A DNA stretch of 64,000 nucleotides from Microthyrium microscopicum (Eukaryota). The stretch covers positions 3,342,401 through 3,406,400 of the forward strand of contig MU004231.1 of NCBI GenBank assembly GCA_010405405.1. The letters are read 5' to 3'. The position numbers and the translations under genes are program-made. Shown piece after piece: positions 1-13,296 of this stretch (the first letter of the stretch is position 1; every line of letters starts with the position of its first letter). The notes beneath the pieces are model-generated. The model was not told where the DNA came from and searched no databases. It saw only the letters and a program-made list of their open reading frames with translations.

Positions 1-180
1 TAAAATACTAAAAACAAGTCGCATATTTCTTAAATTAAAGATTTAACTTTAATAACTATAATTAAATAGACCTTTCTAGTTCTTAAAAATTAAGCAAAAA
101 TCAACTTGCTATTTAGCTTCTTCAGAATATCTAAATATGTGCTAGTTTTGGTGTAATAATTGCCTTTACATTTCTATGTT
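1..180. repeat. AT-rich, TpA-rich edge; probably RIP-degraded repeat DNA continuing beyond the window
   Basis: The first ~150 nt are very AT-rich with many TA dinucleotides and few CA/TG, grading into normal composition by ~200. No element family is recognisable. Confidence 0.4.
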
Positions 181-443
181 TGTTGTACTTTTTGGTTTTG
201 TTGAAGTGGCCAGGGTGGCCGTTATGAGCCGTCATAACTAGTCTGTGGCTTGGATTCAGCCACAAGCCTACATTTGCTGATCCTGTCCTGGCTTTGAACT
301 TTCGCGTCGTTCTACAAACACTCTCTCCAAAGCTGAAGAGCTTTACGTTGTACTGTTTCTTGAATGGCATGCATTGTACTGCCAATTACTGTCGCTGACG
401 AATAGCAATGGTGCTTTAGAATGCTCTCTGTCAATGATTCAAT

Positions 444-2284
444 ATGTTTCGCCATCGGCCACTTCACTCGCTTTCCACGTGCATACGCAAAGACATCCTT
501 AGCGAGCAAGGCTCACAATTGAGGCCGTTCTCCCACTCTACAGGCGCTATGAAGAGTCATGGTAAGGCTCTATCTCCAGCCTCTGTTTGCCTCCCTGACA
601 GTTGAGATTGGAACTACCAAGATGAACTCTTTCAGTTTACCCGCGGCCGGTTTCTCTACAACGAGAGAAAGCAGTTTCTGCAACGAGAAGTGCGATTTGA
701 TATGAACAAGCTTGCTCAAATCGCCGTTGAACTTCTCGGGGCTCAACGATGCGAACAAATCCAAAAGTTCCCGGACGGTCTGTTCAATAAGGCATATCTC
801 TTCACCATGGACGACGGACAGGAGATTGTTGGCAAAGTTCCCAACCCAAACGCTGGAATTGCGCACTATACTACTGCAAGCGAAGTAGCAACACTGGACT
901 TTGTAAGTCAATGCTGGTCCAGAATTGCTTACGTGCTAACTAGTCTCGAGGTACGAAACACGCTGAATATTCCAGCCCCCAGAGTTCTAGGATGGAGTTC
1001 CCATTCTGCGAACAATCCCGTCGGAGTGGAGTACATTCTGATGGAGAAGGTAGCTGGAGTGCCATTGGAGCCGTTCTGGAGAGTATTGAAGCCCGTGAAG
1101 AAGTTGGAGGTGTTCATGAAGATATTTGAATACCAAAAGCGACTTTCGGGTGTTGTATTTCCTCGAATCGGCAGTCTTTATTACGCAAGTGACCTAAGTA
1201 CTTTCGACCAGGCACCGCCACTTGTCGTCAAAGTCAACGGAGAACCGCTCGAGCTGTCAAACTTCTCGATTGGTCCGACCGTCGGTCAGGGGTGGTTCTC
1301 TGACGGTCGAGAGACATTGGGCTTCCAAGAGGGGCCATGTACGTTCAGATAACCTTTTTGTTGGTCTAAAATACTCACAAGTGGGTAGGGGCTGATGTGC
1401 TGGAGTACAGAAGAGCAATCGCATCACGAGAACTGCACTGCATTCGTGAACTACACGCACGCAAGCCGATGCAGATGATCTGCGGCCCAAAATTATATCA
1501 ACCAACGTCAGCAAGGAAGGTCAAGGCGTTGGAACTCTTTCAGGCGTGGCTTCCGAAACTCATTCCTGCATCTCAACCAGAACTGCTGGAGGCTTATCTG
1601 TGGCACAATGATCTGCATGCAGAGAACATCTTGGTAAACCCCGAAAAGCCGACGGAAATTATGGGTATCATTGACTGGCAATCGACCGAAATCGCACCTC
1701 TGTTTGAGCTTCGAACAGCTCCAAGCTTCCTTGGCTATGAAGGGCCGGCCATAGACGACAAACTGGAGGCCCCTGTTCTCGATAAAGAGAGCGTGAACTC
1801 GGCTGAAGAAAATGCTCGAGTGATTAAACAGCACAATGACTCGGCGATCATGACTGCATGGTTAAGACTCTTGAAAAAGAAGGATCCCAAGCAGTATCAA
1901 GCGTATCGCTTCCAACAAACAATGCCAGGAACAATTCTTCACATATCTCAGAATATCTTTGAGATGGGAGAGGCACACCTGCTGAGTTTTCTCCTTCAAC
2001 AGCAGAAGCAGGCTGGCTCGGGCGCTCCACAGCTAAGCATTTCTACCGAACAGGCCCGTGTGATAGAGGAAGACGCCCAATTGGCGGATAAAAGCTTCGA
2101 CCTCATGAGCCAAATCCGTGATCAGATGGGTGACGCTTGGCCAGACAAAGGATTGGTCGATCACCAGCAGTATCAGCAGGCGAAAGAAGACCTCAGTCTG
2201 GCAAAAGAGGACATTGCAACTCTACTTGACTTGTCAAATCAGGAGAAAATGGAGCTTGAGAGATACTGGCCATTTGATCAATGA
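444..2284 (+). CDS. Aim9-like / APH-family phosphotransferase (kinase-like fold), probably mitochondrial; 4 exons
   Basis: Spliced model: ATG 444 gives an Arg/Ser-rich leader MFRHRPLHSLSTCIRK. Introns 562-606, 903-950 (in frame) and 1339-1388. Motifs LFQFTRGRFLYNE, GLFNKAY, ASEVATLDF, GVEYILME, LWHNDLHAENILV, GIIDWQ, C-terminal WPFD. Confidence 0.85.
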
Positions 2285-2691
2285 TTGCAATGCGCATCAG
2301 CGTCTCAGCGTCAGACAGCGGCAACACCAAGCAGCAACAATGACAACTATCGACAGCCAAGCGGCGGGCTCCACTTCTACGTTTGTCGCCAATCCTGCGA
2401 TTGGATTTTGAAGCATTTCGGTAGACGAATGAGGAGCAAATCGGAATTGACTGCGAATAGAGAAACGTTTTTCTGAAGAAAGCTTCAAGTGGCCAAAGAG
2501 TGTCAAGCTGATGCGCCGCTTAGCAGTTGTTATGAATACATACAAGAAGAGAATAAACATCTATATACATGAAGTTATGCTAGTATGCAATAAGGGTAGA
2601 ATGATGAACGAGTTTTATATGCTCTAAATGCTTCCGTAGTCCCGTGTGTTTAAATCAAAGTTCGTAGGCGTCTCTCATGGCATCCGATCAT

Positions 2692-4418
2692 TCAATCATC
2701 TCCTTCGTCTTCGGCTTCAGCCTTGCCTTTACCAGAAGAAGTGAAGCGGGAGTTCTTTGAGCTTCCCACTCCAGCAACGAGACGAGTAGTCACGACCTTT
2801 CCGTCGCAGAATTGAACCCAGCCATCTAAGGCTTCGACCTTGATGACAGTGGAAAACTTGGGGCCAAGATCAGGAGCGTTGCGCATATTGCAGAACTTGG
2901 AGATCGATCCTGCATCGAAAACGCCCTCTACGGCTCGATCACGACCGCCCCATGTTGGTCGGGCACCAGCTCCACCAGTGATCTTGTTCTGGACATACTC
3001 GATGTGGAACACTGGTTTGCTGCCGAGGAACTGCTTGTAGCCGCCACATTCACTTTGTGAGGTCAGCAAATATTCCGCACTTTACAATCATAGTGAACTT
3101 ACCCATTTGCAGCGCATTCTTCGTTGACGGCGAACTGAATGACGCTTTGAACTTTTGGCAGAATCTGAACAGAGTTCTTCAAACCAATGGACATGTTGTA
3201 TTTGCGAGCTTCAGCTGCCATGAACTTGACGTAGTTGATCGAGTCTTGCTCCGTCAGGCCAATGCCATTCTTGTTGTCATATCCATCTTGAAGAATTGTC
3301 AGCTTACGCCTATCGAATGATTACAGTTACTTACCAGTGTTATCGGGATCAATAGCGTTGCAGCCCTTATCTGCGGCAATCTTTATTCTATCGCGCATGA
3401 TTTGCCAGACGACTGGAAGTGTTGCAGAGTTTGGATTTGGGTTCTTGATGTTCAACCACTTCTCGCCTTGCCAGTAGCTGGAACCTTTGTCGTCTTTGGC
3501 AATGGGGCCACCCATGTCAGATTTGCTGAATCGCTTGAAATCGTCTCGCCATGATTCGGAGCTTCCAGCGCTAAAGTAGCAGATGACCTTCTTGTTGTGT
3601 TTCTTGAGAGCATCAATCGTAGATTTGGGAGTCTCGAAAAGATCAATGTCAAAAATCTCGACGTGGTCTGGGGAAGGCACAGAGCTGGTATCAACCAATC
3701 CATTGAGAATGATCTGGAAAGGAGCAGCAACCTTTGGTTGCCAGAGAGAAGTTCTCATGCTGCTTTCAGGGGCCTCGCCGGCAGGTGCTGAAGGAGGGGC
3801 CTCTGAGCCAGCTGGCGTTTTGGGCTTCTTAGGCTTCTTGGCTCCATCGGGCTGAGATTTGCCTTTCTTGCCTTTCTTGTTTGGGTCCTTATCGCTGACT
3901 TCCTCTGCGGACTCTGATGAGTCTTTTGACTCTGGGGTCTCTTTAGACTCTGGAGTCTTTGAGGATTTGGGCTTGAACCAGTCCGCCCAGCCTTGAAAAG
4001 ATGGAGTCTCTTTTTCTTCTGCTGCCTCTGCTTCCTCAGGAGCTTGTTTGGCTTCTGAGACTTCGGGAGCTTGTGGGGCAGCAGGAGCTTTTGGAGCCGC
4101 GGGAGCTTTTGGAGCTTTTGGAGAGTTTGGTCGCTTCCAAGATCCCCAGCCTTGTGCGCCTGAGTTCTTGTTGGGTTTGTTGCCTCCCCATGGATTCGCA
4201 AACGATGAGCCAAACTGGAAGCCACGAGAGCCTTGGCCTGGGGGTTTGTTGACATTGTTTTTGCTAGGCTTGTTTCCCCATGGCCATCCTCCTTGTTCGG
4301 CTTCGGTAGCCTCAGTAGCTTCAATGGCTTCGGTGGCCTCGACAGACTCTACGCCTGCTACAGGAGCTGAGAGTGCTACGCCAGCGTAGGCTGTAAGCAC
4401 CAAAAGGGATGTCCTCAT
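2692..4418 (-). CDS. Secreted GH114 (endo-alpha-1,4-polygalactosaminidase-like) with a long low-complexity N-terminal extension; 3 exons
   Basis: Signal peptide MRTSLLVLTAYAGVALSA. Motifs WQPKVAAPFQIIL, IFDIDLFE, KVICYFSAGSSESWRDD, WQGEKWLN, KGCNAIDPDN|TDGY, KPVFHIEY. Introns ~3334-3287 and ~3102-3053. Confidence 0.85.
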
Positions 4419-7080
4419 GACTGCTGATAATTTTCAAAGGAATGTGAAGAATAGGAAAAAGGAGTGTGTCTATTTGCGCATAAAGAGTGAAATGAAATCC
4501 AAGACTTAAGGATGACGGTAGCCAGCACCAATGCGTTTTGTGTCAGAACTCAGATGGTGAGGACTGTTAAGTAGGAGACATATGAATATCCTGCGATCTA
4601 TAAAGAACCGGCCACCTGTAAGTGGTGTAAATACAGAGCCGCCTTAAGCAGGGTATATTCCCAGGTTTTACGTGTCAATGGTATCGGAATGCGAGGATAT
4701 AATTTCCGAATGCGGCCCTTCTCACTGCGAGTTGGGACATTTTGCAGTCCATTGAGTCCATCGTATGCTTATTGTTTCAGTCGACACACCGTTTCTGAGA
4801 AAAGCTTGAGGTAAAATTCGATATTGATCTGGAAGATATACTAGAGCCGGTAGATCACGGGCATAGACCTGGTTAGAAGACCTGTATATATCAAGGGCTA
4901 TAAATTCAGTCCAATAACTGTAAGTGTATTTATTACCCTCATTTTCCCACCTGCTACTTTTCGACCTGATTTGCTGCTTCTAGGGTCACCGTATTGTGTT
5001 ATGTTGGCCCTTCTTTAGGACATTGCTCAAGGGTTTCTGACTTCCAGGAGTGGCTCATTTTAAGATCTATACTAGATCGCTTGGTTTGCTATGAAATTCT
5101 TAGTACTTTAGGTAGCTACGACCAGGGAAGTTCTATTGTTTCTGACCTCACACTGAGGTTTGATAGGACTTTCCGAAGTACTCACAAAATCACAAGTCAA
5201 CATATTTCACAAGTTTAGTACGATGTCAATTTCCAAAAACTGGGAGAAACGTGCTGAATCTCCTCTTGTACTAATTGATTGCATTACGACGACCAGACTC
5301 TGTTGGAGAAATGAGCATTTCGTGAGTGAGGGTGAACAAAATGACCGGCAAGGACCGGAGGCCTAGTCAATGTCAATATACTTGAAGTGCTCTTGAATAG
5401 AGGGGGAAGTTGTGGTCATTGTATTTAGGTATTAGGGTCGAGAAGCTTTTAATTGGAAACCAGCTGGGGTCATCCTCAATGACTGTAGTGAGCGGCGAAA
5501 CTGAGCCTCAACGAAAATATGGTACTCCAGTCCTACAATGTAATGAATAAAGATATAATTCTAATGATGATCATGAGAGTATGGAAGTTCAACAACCTAC
5601 GCTATATTCTAATCTCGCGAGAGAGAGGGGGATTACTGGTTTGACGCCGCGCGAACCAAGCTTGAAATCGATCTTTTGACCAGATGGCTCCCAAAGCGTC
5701 CTTTGTAGCGATCTCGAAGACTTTCCCTGGCGGCTGAGATGATAGACACATGGGGTGTACAACGAGATTCCTATCCCAGGTAAGTTGCAAGGGACCTTCT
5801 CAGGTACCTCTACACAGTAATAGACATGCCCAATCATTATCACTTTCGCCTCCATGCATTTGCACTGCTGGACACTGAAAGTAGACCGAATTTCGCCCCA
5901 AAAGCTTGTTTACGAAATCCGCCTGAACAGATTTTCCCGGTCCGAGGCCCTTCATTTCCTTCACCTTAAACTTTGACCTAAGCATCGGCTGGAATTGTCG
6001 CCGGGCATTGTTGTCTTTACATCAGCTTAGATGCCTTGTGCATTGATTGCATGCGGCAACGAGTTTCCTATTGGCGATATGACCGGGTTTCTGATGCAAG
6101 ATAAATAAGATTTAACGTGCAAGCACTGTCTACGCATACGCAAATGCTGTACTCGGATGATTACCTGCGATTGACATCAAAGCTCGAGTCTTGATCGATA
6201 GCTTGACACGGATATGTTATGTACCGTATGCTGCCGCGACATGAGGACAAAATCCTGGTTATATGTACGATGCTCTTGGACGGGGTAAATTCTAGCACTT
6301 ACGCATTTTGCTTAGTGATAGCTTGCGTGGCAATTTGAGAAAACAGACCTGAGCAAGAACACTCGAACTAATGAACTGTTTAAACCCTACTGACAGCTTT
6401 CACATCAAGCAAACCTTCCATTTCTCCATTACACATAGACATGTCTGATCCACGGCTCGCATTGATGCTCTCTCGTGGCTCAAGTAACATGATCATACAC
6501 CGGGTGCCACAGCGTCAATAACAAGCACAGCTCCGTGGCACATCACTGCCCGATTGTTCAACAACCTCGCATCATTATCTTCCAAGATACATGTTCAAGC
6601 ATGTCAAAGACCTGCAAAAGGCCTCTTTTGATCCGCAAGCGCAATGAAGCACAACATTGGCATCGTTTGATCAACAGGCACAAGCTTAGCACTTGATCAC
6701 ACTAACACCCATTCAAGTAGTTCATGAAAGTACTTTGCACGCTTTTGCTCCCGCACACGTTGTGGCTAGGGCCAATCAGCTGCCCAAACATCTATTTAAG
6801 CTTATTACTCTTCATATCCAGCACAGTAGTGTGATATAGCTTATCACTACAATAATTGTAGATCCACGGTTCTTGGCTTGGCAGACAAACTTTGATATCT
6901 GCTATCGTCAATGCCAATGGGCATCAAACCCCACGCCAAACACTAATATTCACGATCTCGCAAACATATCCCACGACTGCTGATACATAAACTCACCGCT
7001 CTCCTTGCAGTTCACGATACAGCGGTTGACGACCTACGTTATTCGCTCCCCCATCATCGATCGCGACCAACACTACAATC

Positions 7081-7671
7081 ATGCCATCCCCAGCATTCAT
7101 AGCAGCCTCCCTCCTTGCAGCATCAGCCTCAAAAGGCACAATAAACACAACAGCCACCAAAGGCACAATAAAATACACTCCAAACCCACACCAATGTCTT
7201 GAAAGCAGCAACCCACACTCCGCAACCTCCACCATAGTCCTCGCCTCCTGTTCCTCCACCACACCCAACAACAAGACTACCATACCCGCACGCCAACTCT
7301 GGCGCATCGACCCCGACCGCCTCACCATAACATCCAGCTCCGGCAAGCGCTGCGTCTGGGTCCAGCACCCAGACGATACCTCCGATGAATTCTCCAACAA
7401 TCCCGTCGATGTTACAGCGTGCAAGACAGTTCGGCTGGGCGATGGGTTAGTGAGCGCGGATGGGTTTCAGAAATTGGTGTTTTTGGATGGCACGATTGTG
7501 TGGAGGGGACAGAGTAAGACGTTGCCGCAGAGGGTGGAGGAGCGGTTTTGCGTGGAGGCTAGTAGACAGGTGGTGAATGGGAGTGCGGATGAGGGGGCCG
7601 TCGCGTTGATGTTGCAGCATTGTGTGCCTGGGAAGCCGGAGCAGCAGTTTCGGTTTGATGTTGGGGTGTAG
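7081..7671 (+). CDS. Secreted ricin-B (beta-trefoil) lectin-like protein, 196 aa
   Basis: Signal peptide, then three Cys-paired subdomains (QCLE..LASC..RQLW; RCVW..VTAC..FQKL; FCVE..LQHC..EQQF) resembling the (QxW)3 pattern. Confidence 0.6.
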   Translation: MPSPAFIAASLLAASASKGTINTTATKGTIKYTPNPHQCLESSNPHSATSTIVLASCSSTTPNNKTTIPARQLWRIDPDRLTITSSSGKRCVWVQHPDDTSDEFSNNPVDVTACKTVRLGDGLVSADGFQKLVFLDGTIVWRGQSKTLPQRVEERFCVEASRQVVNGSADEGAVALMLQHCVPGKPEQQFRFDVGV

Positions 7672-7933
7672 AAACTTGGGATTGAGAGGATCAAGTAGAG
7701 GTCGCGAAGGAGGATCAATTGGAGGCTGGTGGTGATGTTGATGTTAGAGTAATGCGGTTGTGGGTAATGTGTATCATAGTATAATAATAGGAAGCGTTAA
7801 TGTTGAATCTCTGCTATAAGAAGACATACACAAGGACGGTAAGCACCATATGCAATAGATAAAGAGACATTATTGTATTATCTGCCATCATTTAGCATAA
7901 TGCAAGTATTATCTCTACAGAGAAACGAAATCC

Positions 7934-10900
7934 TTAAAGTTTCGATTCGATATCTTCATATTCCGAAATATCCCTGACCGGCCGCAGGCCCAAAGAGGCC
8001 TGTAGACTGGCGCGGAACTCATGGACGTCAGTGATAGTGGTAGCCTTAGCCGCGACTGGAATCACGTCGGTAGTGGCAGGTGTCTCAGTCTTGGATTCGA
8101 TGCCCACACTGGCGAGGACGCTGCCAATTGCAAGTTTTCCTTGTTCAAGAATACCTTGAACGTCTTCCTGCGGCAATCCAGCATCCTCGCGCAGGTACGT
8201 ACCTACGGCACCGAGAACCGCATCAGAATCACCACCCGACAAGTCGACTTTGGCAAAGCGGGCTTTGAGCTTGTCCGCATCGACTGGCATGTTAGACTGG
8301 AAGAGCTGGACGATAAGCGCAACAGTCTTGTCTAGTTGCTCTTCGGGGGTCATGTGTGCAGCAATGGATGCTGGAGTAGCTTGGGCTAGCAAGTGGATGG
8401 ATAATTTCGATCGAGTTTTGGATGCTGGCGAGAGGTACGAGTTGTAAAAGTCGACAATATCGGCCTTGGTGAGCTTCATTACTTCAGCGACATCGGTTTC
8501 GGCTGAAAAGGTTAGCCAAGAACGTCGAATGTTGGAATATCACACGGAAACTTACCCGAGTCAAAAGCAAAAGTCTCTGCGAGGATGTAGCTCATCAGCT
8601 GGATTGATTCATCCTTCAGATTCTTCGGCTTCTCCGATATTTTACTACACAAGCCAGCCTTGTGCTTCTCGAATTTGTTTTCGTCCATATCGCGAATCTG
8701 CTCTCCAAGTTGCACTAAAAAGGCTTCAATGCGACCTTCCAGATAATCGGGAGACTTTTCGCTTTGCACTAGGATGCGATAGCATAGATGGGTAACGGGA
8801 ATAACCGCACCACTAAATACCACGTAGCCAAGTTGTTCTTTGGTCCTGAGTTGATCATAACATGGCTCTTCTCCTATCGACGCAGCAAGAAGAGTCTTAG
8901 CGCGTAGGTTTCGATCCTGGTCGTCCCCTATGGGCAAAACATATTCAATGCAATGATTGACATTTTCCGGGTCCGCCAGAGTTCGTTCATACAGATAGTT
9001 GCTGCCCGGTGGGATAACCAAAGTTCGTCGCATTGGCCATTGAGCTGAGGGAAGTCCTTTTGGTTTCAGAATCGTCTCTACAAGGTCGGTGATGTTACGA
9101 GCATCCTCTTTCGAGAGATTGCCGTGCGCGAGAACCTCAATGTGTAGCTGCTTGAGGAGCTGGGGATAAAAAGCTCGTATATCCTCGACCGTGATGTTTT
9201 GAAGTTCGTTGGCCAATTCATCGACGATAAAAGACCGGTCTTGAGTCAGCCAAGATTTGTATGTTCCCACTTGGTGAAATGGTTGTTTAAAGTGCCAGTT
9301 CTTGTAAACACGTTGAGCTCGCTCTTTGATGATGTCGAATCGATCCTCCTTGACATTAAGCTCTCTCATGGAATGCAGGACTTTCTCTAGCAAAACCGCC
9401 ATTTTATCATTGTATCCAGAAATAATAATTTGGAGACCCAGACCGTTCTGGCTAAGCGAATATTCCAGGCCGGCAATTTCCGCATCGTAAGAGTACTCAT
9501 TGAGAGAATCTTGTACTAAGGAGCAATATAGCTTAGATATCGCAGAGCATCGAGGAGTAATGCTTGATAATGGCGTTCTAAGTGTGATCTTAACGTTGGC
9601 TTTTGGAACCCAGAACTGGTCATCCTTCTTGTACCAGATCCGGACATACTGATCGTTACGAATAAGCTTGGGGGCTATGGCAGGTGTCAAAACTTCCTTC
9701 TTTTCCACGTCAAGTCTAGTGGGGATAAACTCGTTCTTATGGGGTAGGTGGAGTTGAGATGGTCGATCAGCTGAACGCGCTCCTGCAGCATCGATAATCA
9801 TCTTTTTGAAATCCTTCGGCCATGGCTGGTAAGAGTACTCTGTCCCGTACCACGCTTCTTTCTTGTCCCAAGTTCCTGGATAATTTTGGCTTACGACTGT
9901 AATTCTTACATTATCTGGTCGAAGGTATTCCAGGCCTTCTTGGATTTTCGCGGGGGAGAACACTCTGGTCGTTACAGGAGCGCTGAGCAGCTCATCCCTA
10001 GGATAGGGTCTTTGCATCATGCCGCTTAGACGGCTTGCCGTCTTACTAGCACTGCTGTTCTGCTTGAAGCGGAACTCGACCTCTCCGACATTTTTGAGCT
10101 CTTCGAAAACCCATTCCTGTGGTGTACCTTCCCTGAGAAGAGCAATGTACTGAAAGATGACTTTGGCAATCTCCTGGTATTGTATCAAGCCTTCCGCAGT
10201 AAGCGTGACGCGGATATCGAAGTAGGCAGCTCCGGGGCAAAGAGGCAATGAGCCGCAGCTGAGACTATCAGCCCAGCCCTTTTCCTTTAGATAAGCGAGA
10301 ACGCTACCAGGCCCTTCATGTCCAATGAGATGACTCAAGTAGTGCGAAGGGTGGCAATCCCACATATCAGTCTCATCTGGGTAGGGGAAGAAGAAGCTGA
10401 GGGTTCGGACATCAGCAACAGGCTTGGCAAATAATTGCATAAATGAGCCATTCTCTTCGAACAGAGGGATATCATCCCAGCGGTTTTGCTGCAAGTTCTT
10501 ATTGGGCACGTCGGAAAACAGCTCCACAGTCCAGGACTCAAGCTCATCCAAGCTTTCACGACCAAGGACCACAAGCTTCATTCGATTCGCAGAGTAGTGC
10601 TTCTCATAGAAGTCCATAAATCGCGCGCGAAGATCAACGCCTTTAGAAAGCGGGTTGTCGTGCAAAGTCTTCCAATTACCGGTGCTAAAGTGGTTGTATG
10701 GATGCTTTTTATTTGAGACTGACTGAGAGAGTTGGTGGAGGCGCCAAGTATCGGACTGTAAATTCTTTTTGTTCTCCGAGTCTACAGATCGAAGTTCTTT
10801 TTTGAGGGTATCTTCGAGGAATAGTGGTTTCACAAAGAATTGTGCGAACCTGTCCAATGCGCCATACAGAATTGAATCATTGGTTGTTTTCGAGACATCG

Positions 10901-11675
10901 ATCTGAGACGACGCTTTACTATTAGACGGCGTATGAGCTGATGCCGCAACTTCGAAATAGAAATTTGTCGACGTCGCTGCTGTAAATGCATTCGAATATC
11001 CGTTATGCGTGCTAAGATATTGATTGTATTCATTCTCTGATGGAAACTAGACGCAAATCAATGAATTGAAAAGCTTCAAACGAGCGGATTTCCTACCTTT
11101 TCAGTGCCCATGAAAAGCATATGCTCCACCGCATGAGCTAGGCCGGGCATATCCTCGGCATCACTATAGCTACCGACATTGACATCAAGAGCAGCGCTGG
11201 CTTTGTCCGTCTTTGGATCATGGATGAGGAGCACCTCGAGCTGATTTGGCAAAAGTATGACTCGATAAGAGCGGTCGTCGAGCGCGGGCTTCTCGAGAGA
11301 ATCAGTGACTCTGGCGGCCGATACAACGGACTTGTTGTGTATGGGTGCTGTCATAGCAGCAAAAGTACGTCTGGAATTGTTGGTGTATGGCGATGGATTT
11401 GTGGCAACGGGACGAAGATATCGAGGATATGAGGATATTAAAGGCAAAGGCAACGACGACAAGCGTAATGGTGGCGACGCGACAAGGCTGAGGCTCGGGC
11501 GACCACCTGCAGTTTGTGCGGATACGGGTTGACCAGCTCGCAAGGTTGAGTTTGATGCAAACGACGAGACTTGTGAGATGGATGCAAGTGGCGAGCCAGA
11601 TGTTTGTGAGTAGTGGTCGAGTTGTGTTTTCCTCCTCTGCGACCGCCTTACCACACTCGCTGCCAAGGTTCGCAT
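7934..11675 (-). CDS. STE23: Ste23/insulysin M16A metallopeptidase (a-factor processing enzyme homolog); 3 exons
   Basis: Inverted zinc motif GLAHAVEHMLFMGTEK|FPSENEY, plus HLIGHEGPGS, WYKKDDQFWVPK, EYSYDAEIAGL, QLRTKEQLGYVVFSG. Introns ~11097-11048 and ~8555-8504. An N-terminal Arg/Ser-rich extension precedes MTAPIHNK. Confidence 0.93.
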
Positions 11676-12324
11676 GCAAGGAGAGGCAGTTGGAATTTGG
11701 AATGGCAGCTTCGGGACAGTACGATGACGGGTTGAGCTAGCGCAAGCGAAGTAGGAGGATACCGTAGGGCGAGATGCGATTGAGGTGAAGATGGCGGTTG
11801 CAAATACTAGAAATCGGCGAGGGGAGTCAGAAAGATCTCAAAAGCGGAGAGTAGCTTCTCGTGGGCTGGGGATAGATCACCGGGTGTGGAAATTTGGGGT
11901 TGTATGTTGCTGCCAGCTCAAGGTCAAGGCTGGTGTTGATTTTGTGGATTAATCTGGAAGCTGCCAAGCTGCCCTGGCCTTTCATGAATCAACACCATCT
12001 CCATCTCCCCATCTCCAACAACAACATCCAAATTGTCTGCCATCGCCGTTTGTTGTAAAGTCGTCCATCTTTATCCTGGTCGGTTGGTCTGTCAGGGTCC
12101 AAACCGGTACATCGGACGTACTTGTTCACCTCCGCCTTGTCGCAGGGCTGTCCGCACGAGTTGCAATTCTTACGTCGCTTGTACTCCCTGTGGCCGTTTA
12201 TATGTTCTTAGCCGATTGTCGTACCATCTAGACTCGGTTACTCCGGTTTTGCTTCCTCATCAAGTAGATCTTTGTTGCTCAATTTGACGAGTCTGCCACA
12301 TAACTTTCGCCCTTATCCATAATC

Positions 12325-12887
12325 ATGGTTCTCGAAGCCGGATATCCAGGCACCACAGGCTTCCGCAAAGTTACCAAAGCCACAATACTGGTGAAGAAGA
12401 AGGAGGGTATATCCGATGCCGATTTCATAGAGCATTACAACAAGAAGCATGCCCAGATGGCCGCTCCAGTTCTGCTGAAACACAACATAATCAGCTATAG
12501 TCTGGTATGTCTTTTTGTCTCACTTGGCCACGAGGAACTAGCTAGTTCCCATACTCCGGATGATATCCTAACGAGTTGATTGCTGTAGACATATCACTTA
12601 CAAAAGGATCGTACAACCATGCAGGATATTTTGAAAGGCAATGCTCAATTGCTCGATTATGATGCTATTTGCACTTTTTACTTTCCTTCATATTTGGATT
12701 GGGCCAAGTTTTTGTATGATCCAGCATCAAAGGCTTTGACCAAGGATCATGATAATTTTATGGATGAAAGCCAGATGAAGATGATGGTTGGGTGAGTGAT
12801 CAGAGTCGTCAAACGCTGAACGAGGTCGCTGACAACCACTGAAGTGATGAATATATGGTTATCGAAAATGGAATCAAAGTTGGTTAA
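12325..12887 (+). CDS. EthD-like dimeric alpha/beta barrel protein; 3 exons
   Basis: ILVKKKEGISDADFIEHYNKKHA, LLDYDAICTFYF, LTKDHDNFMD, MMVG|DEYMVIENG. Introns ~12505-12588 and ~12792-12844. Confidence 0.8.
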
Positions 12888-13296
12888 ATACTATATGTTC
12901 CTTTGCAAGAAAGGTTTGTCTCCATTGGTGTATGAGTAACACCTGCATGAAAGTCAATGCGAGGCCTGCTCACGCTTCACTTACAGCTCATCATTCCATT
13001 GCATCTGCATATTGACCGGTCAATGACCAGGTTGTCGATGCCTACCGCCTACTGCCTATTATCTTGGCATAAGGACCAGCACATTAGTATTATCCTTGAT
13101 GTTCTCTATTCTGATATACGCAACTTGGTTGCTGTCAATAACATCAAGCTCACTTGTCATTCAATGGGATTTTATATCCAAATCCAAGGACAAGTGATAC
13201 TTACCGCAAGATCACCAAACAACACTGACACAAATATCAAGCCACTCTTACATCGATTCCTATACAATTGAACGAGATGAGTACTTCCACCATCAT

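Noticed and set aside
131..509. Minus-strand ORFs at the window start
   Set aside because: They have no recognisable motif. One overlaps the first exon of the phosphotransferase, and the other runs into AT-rich DNA.
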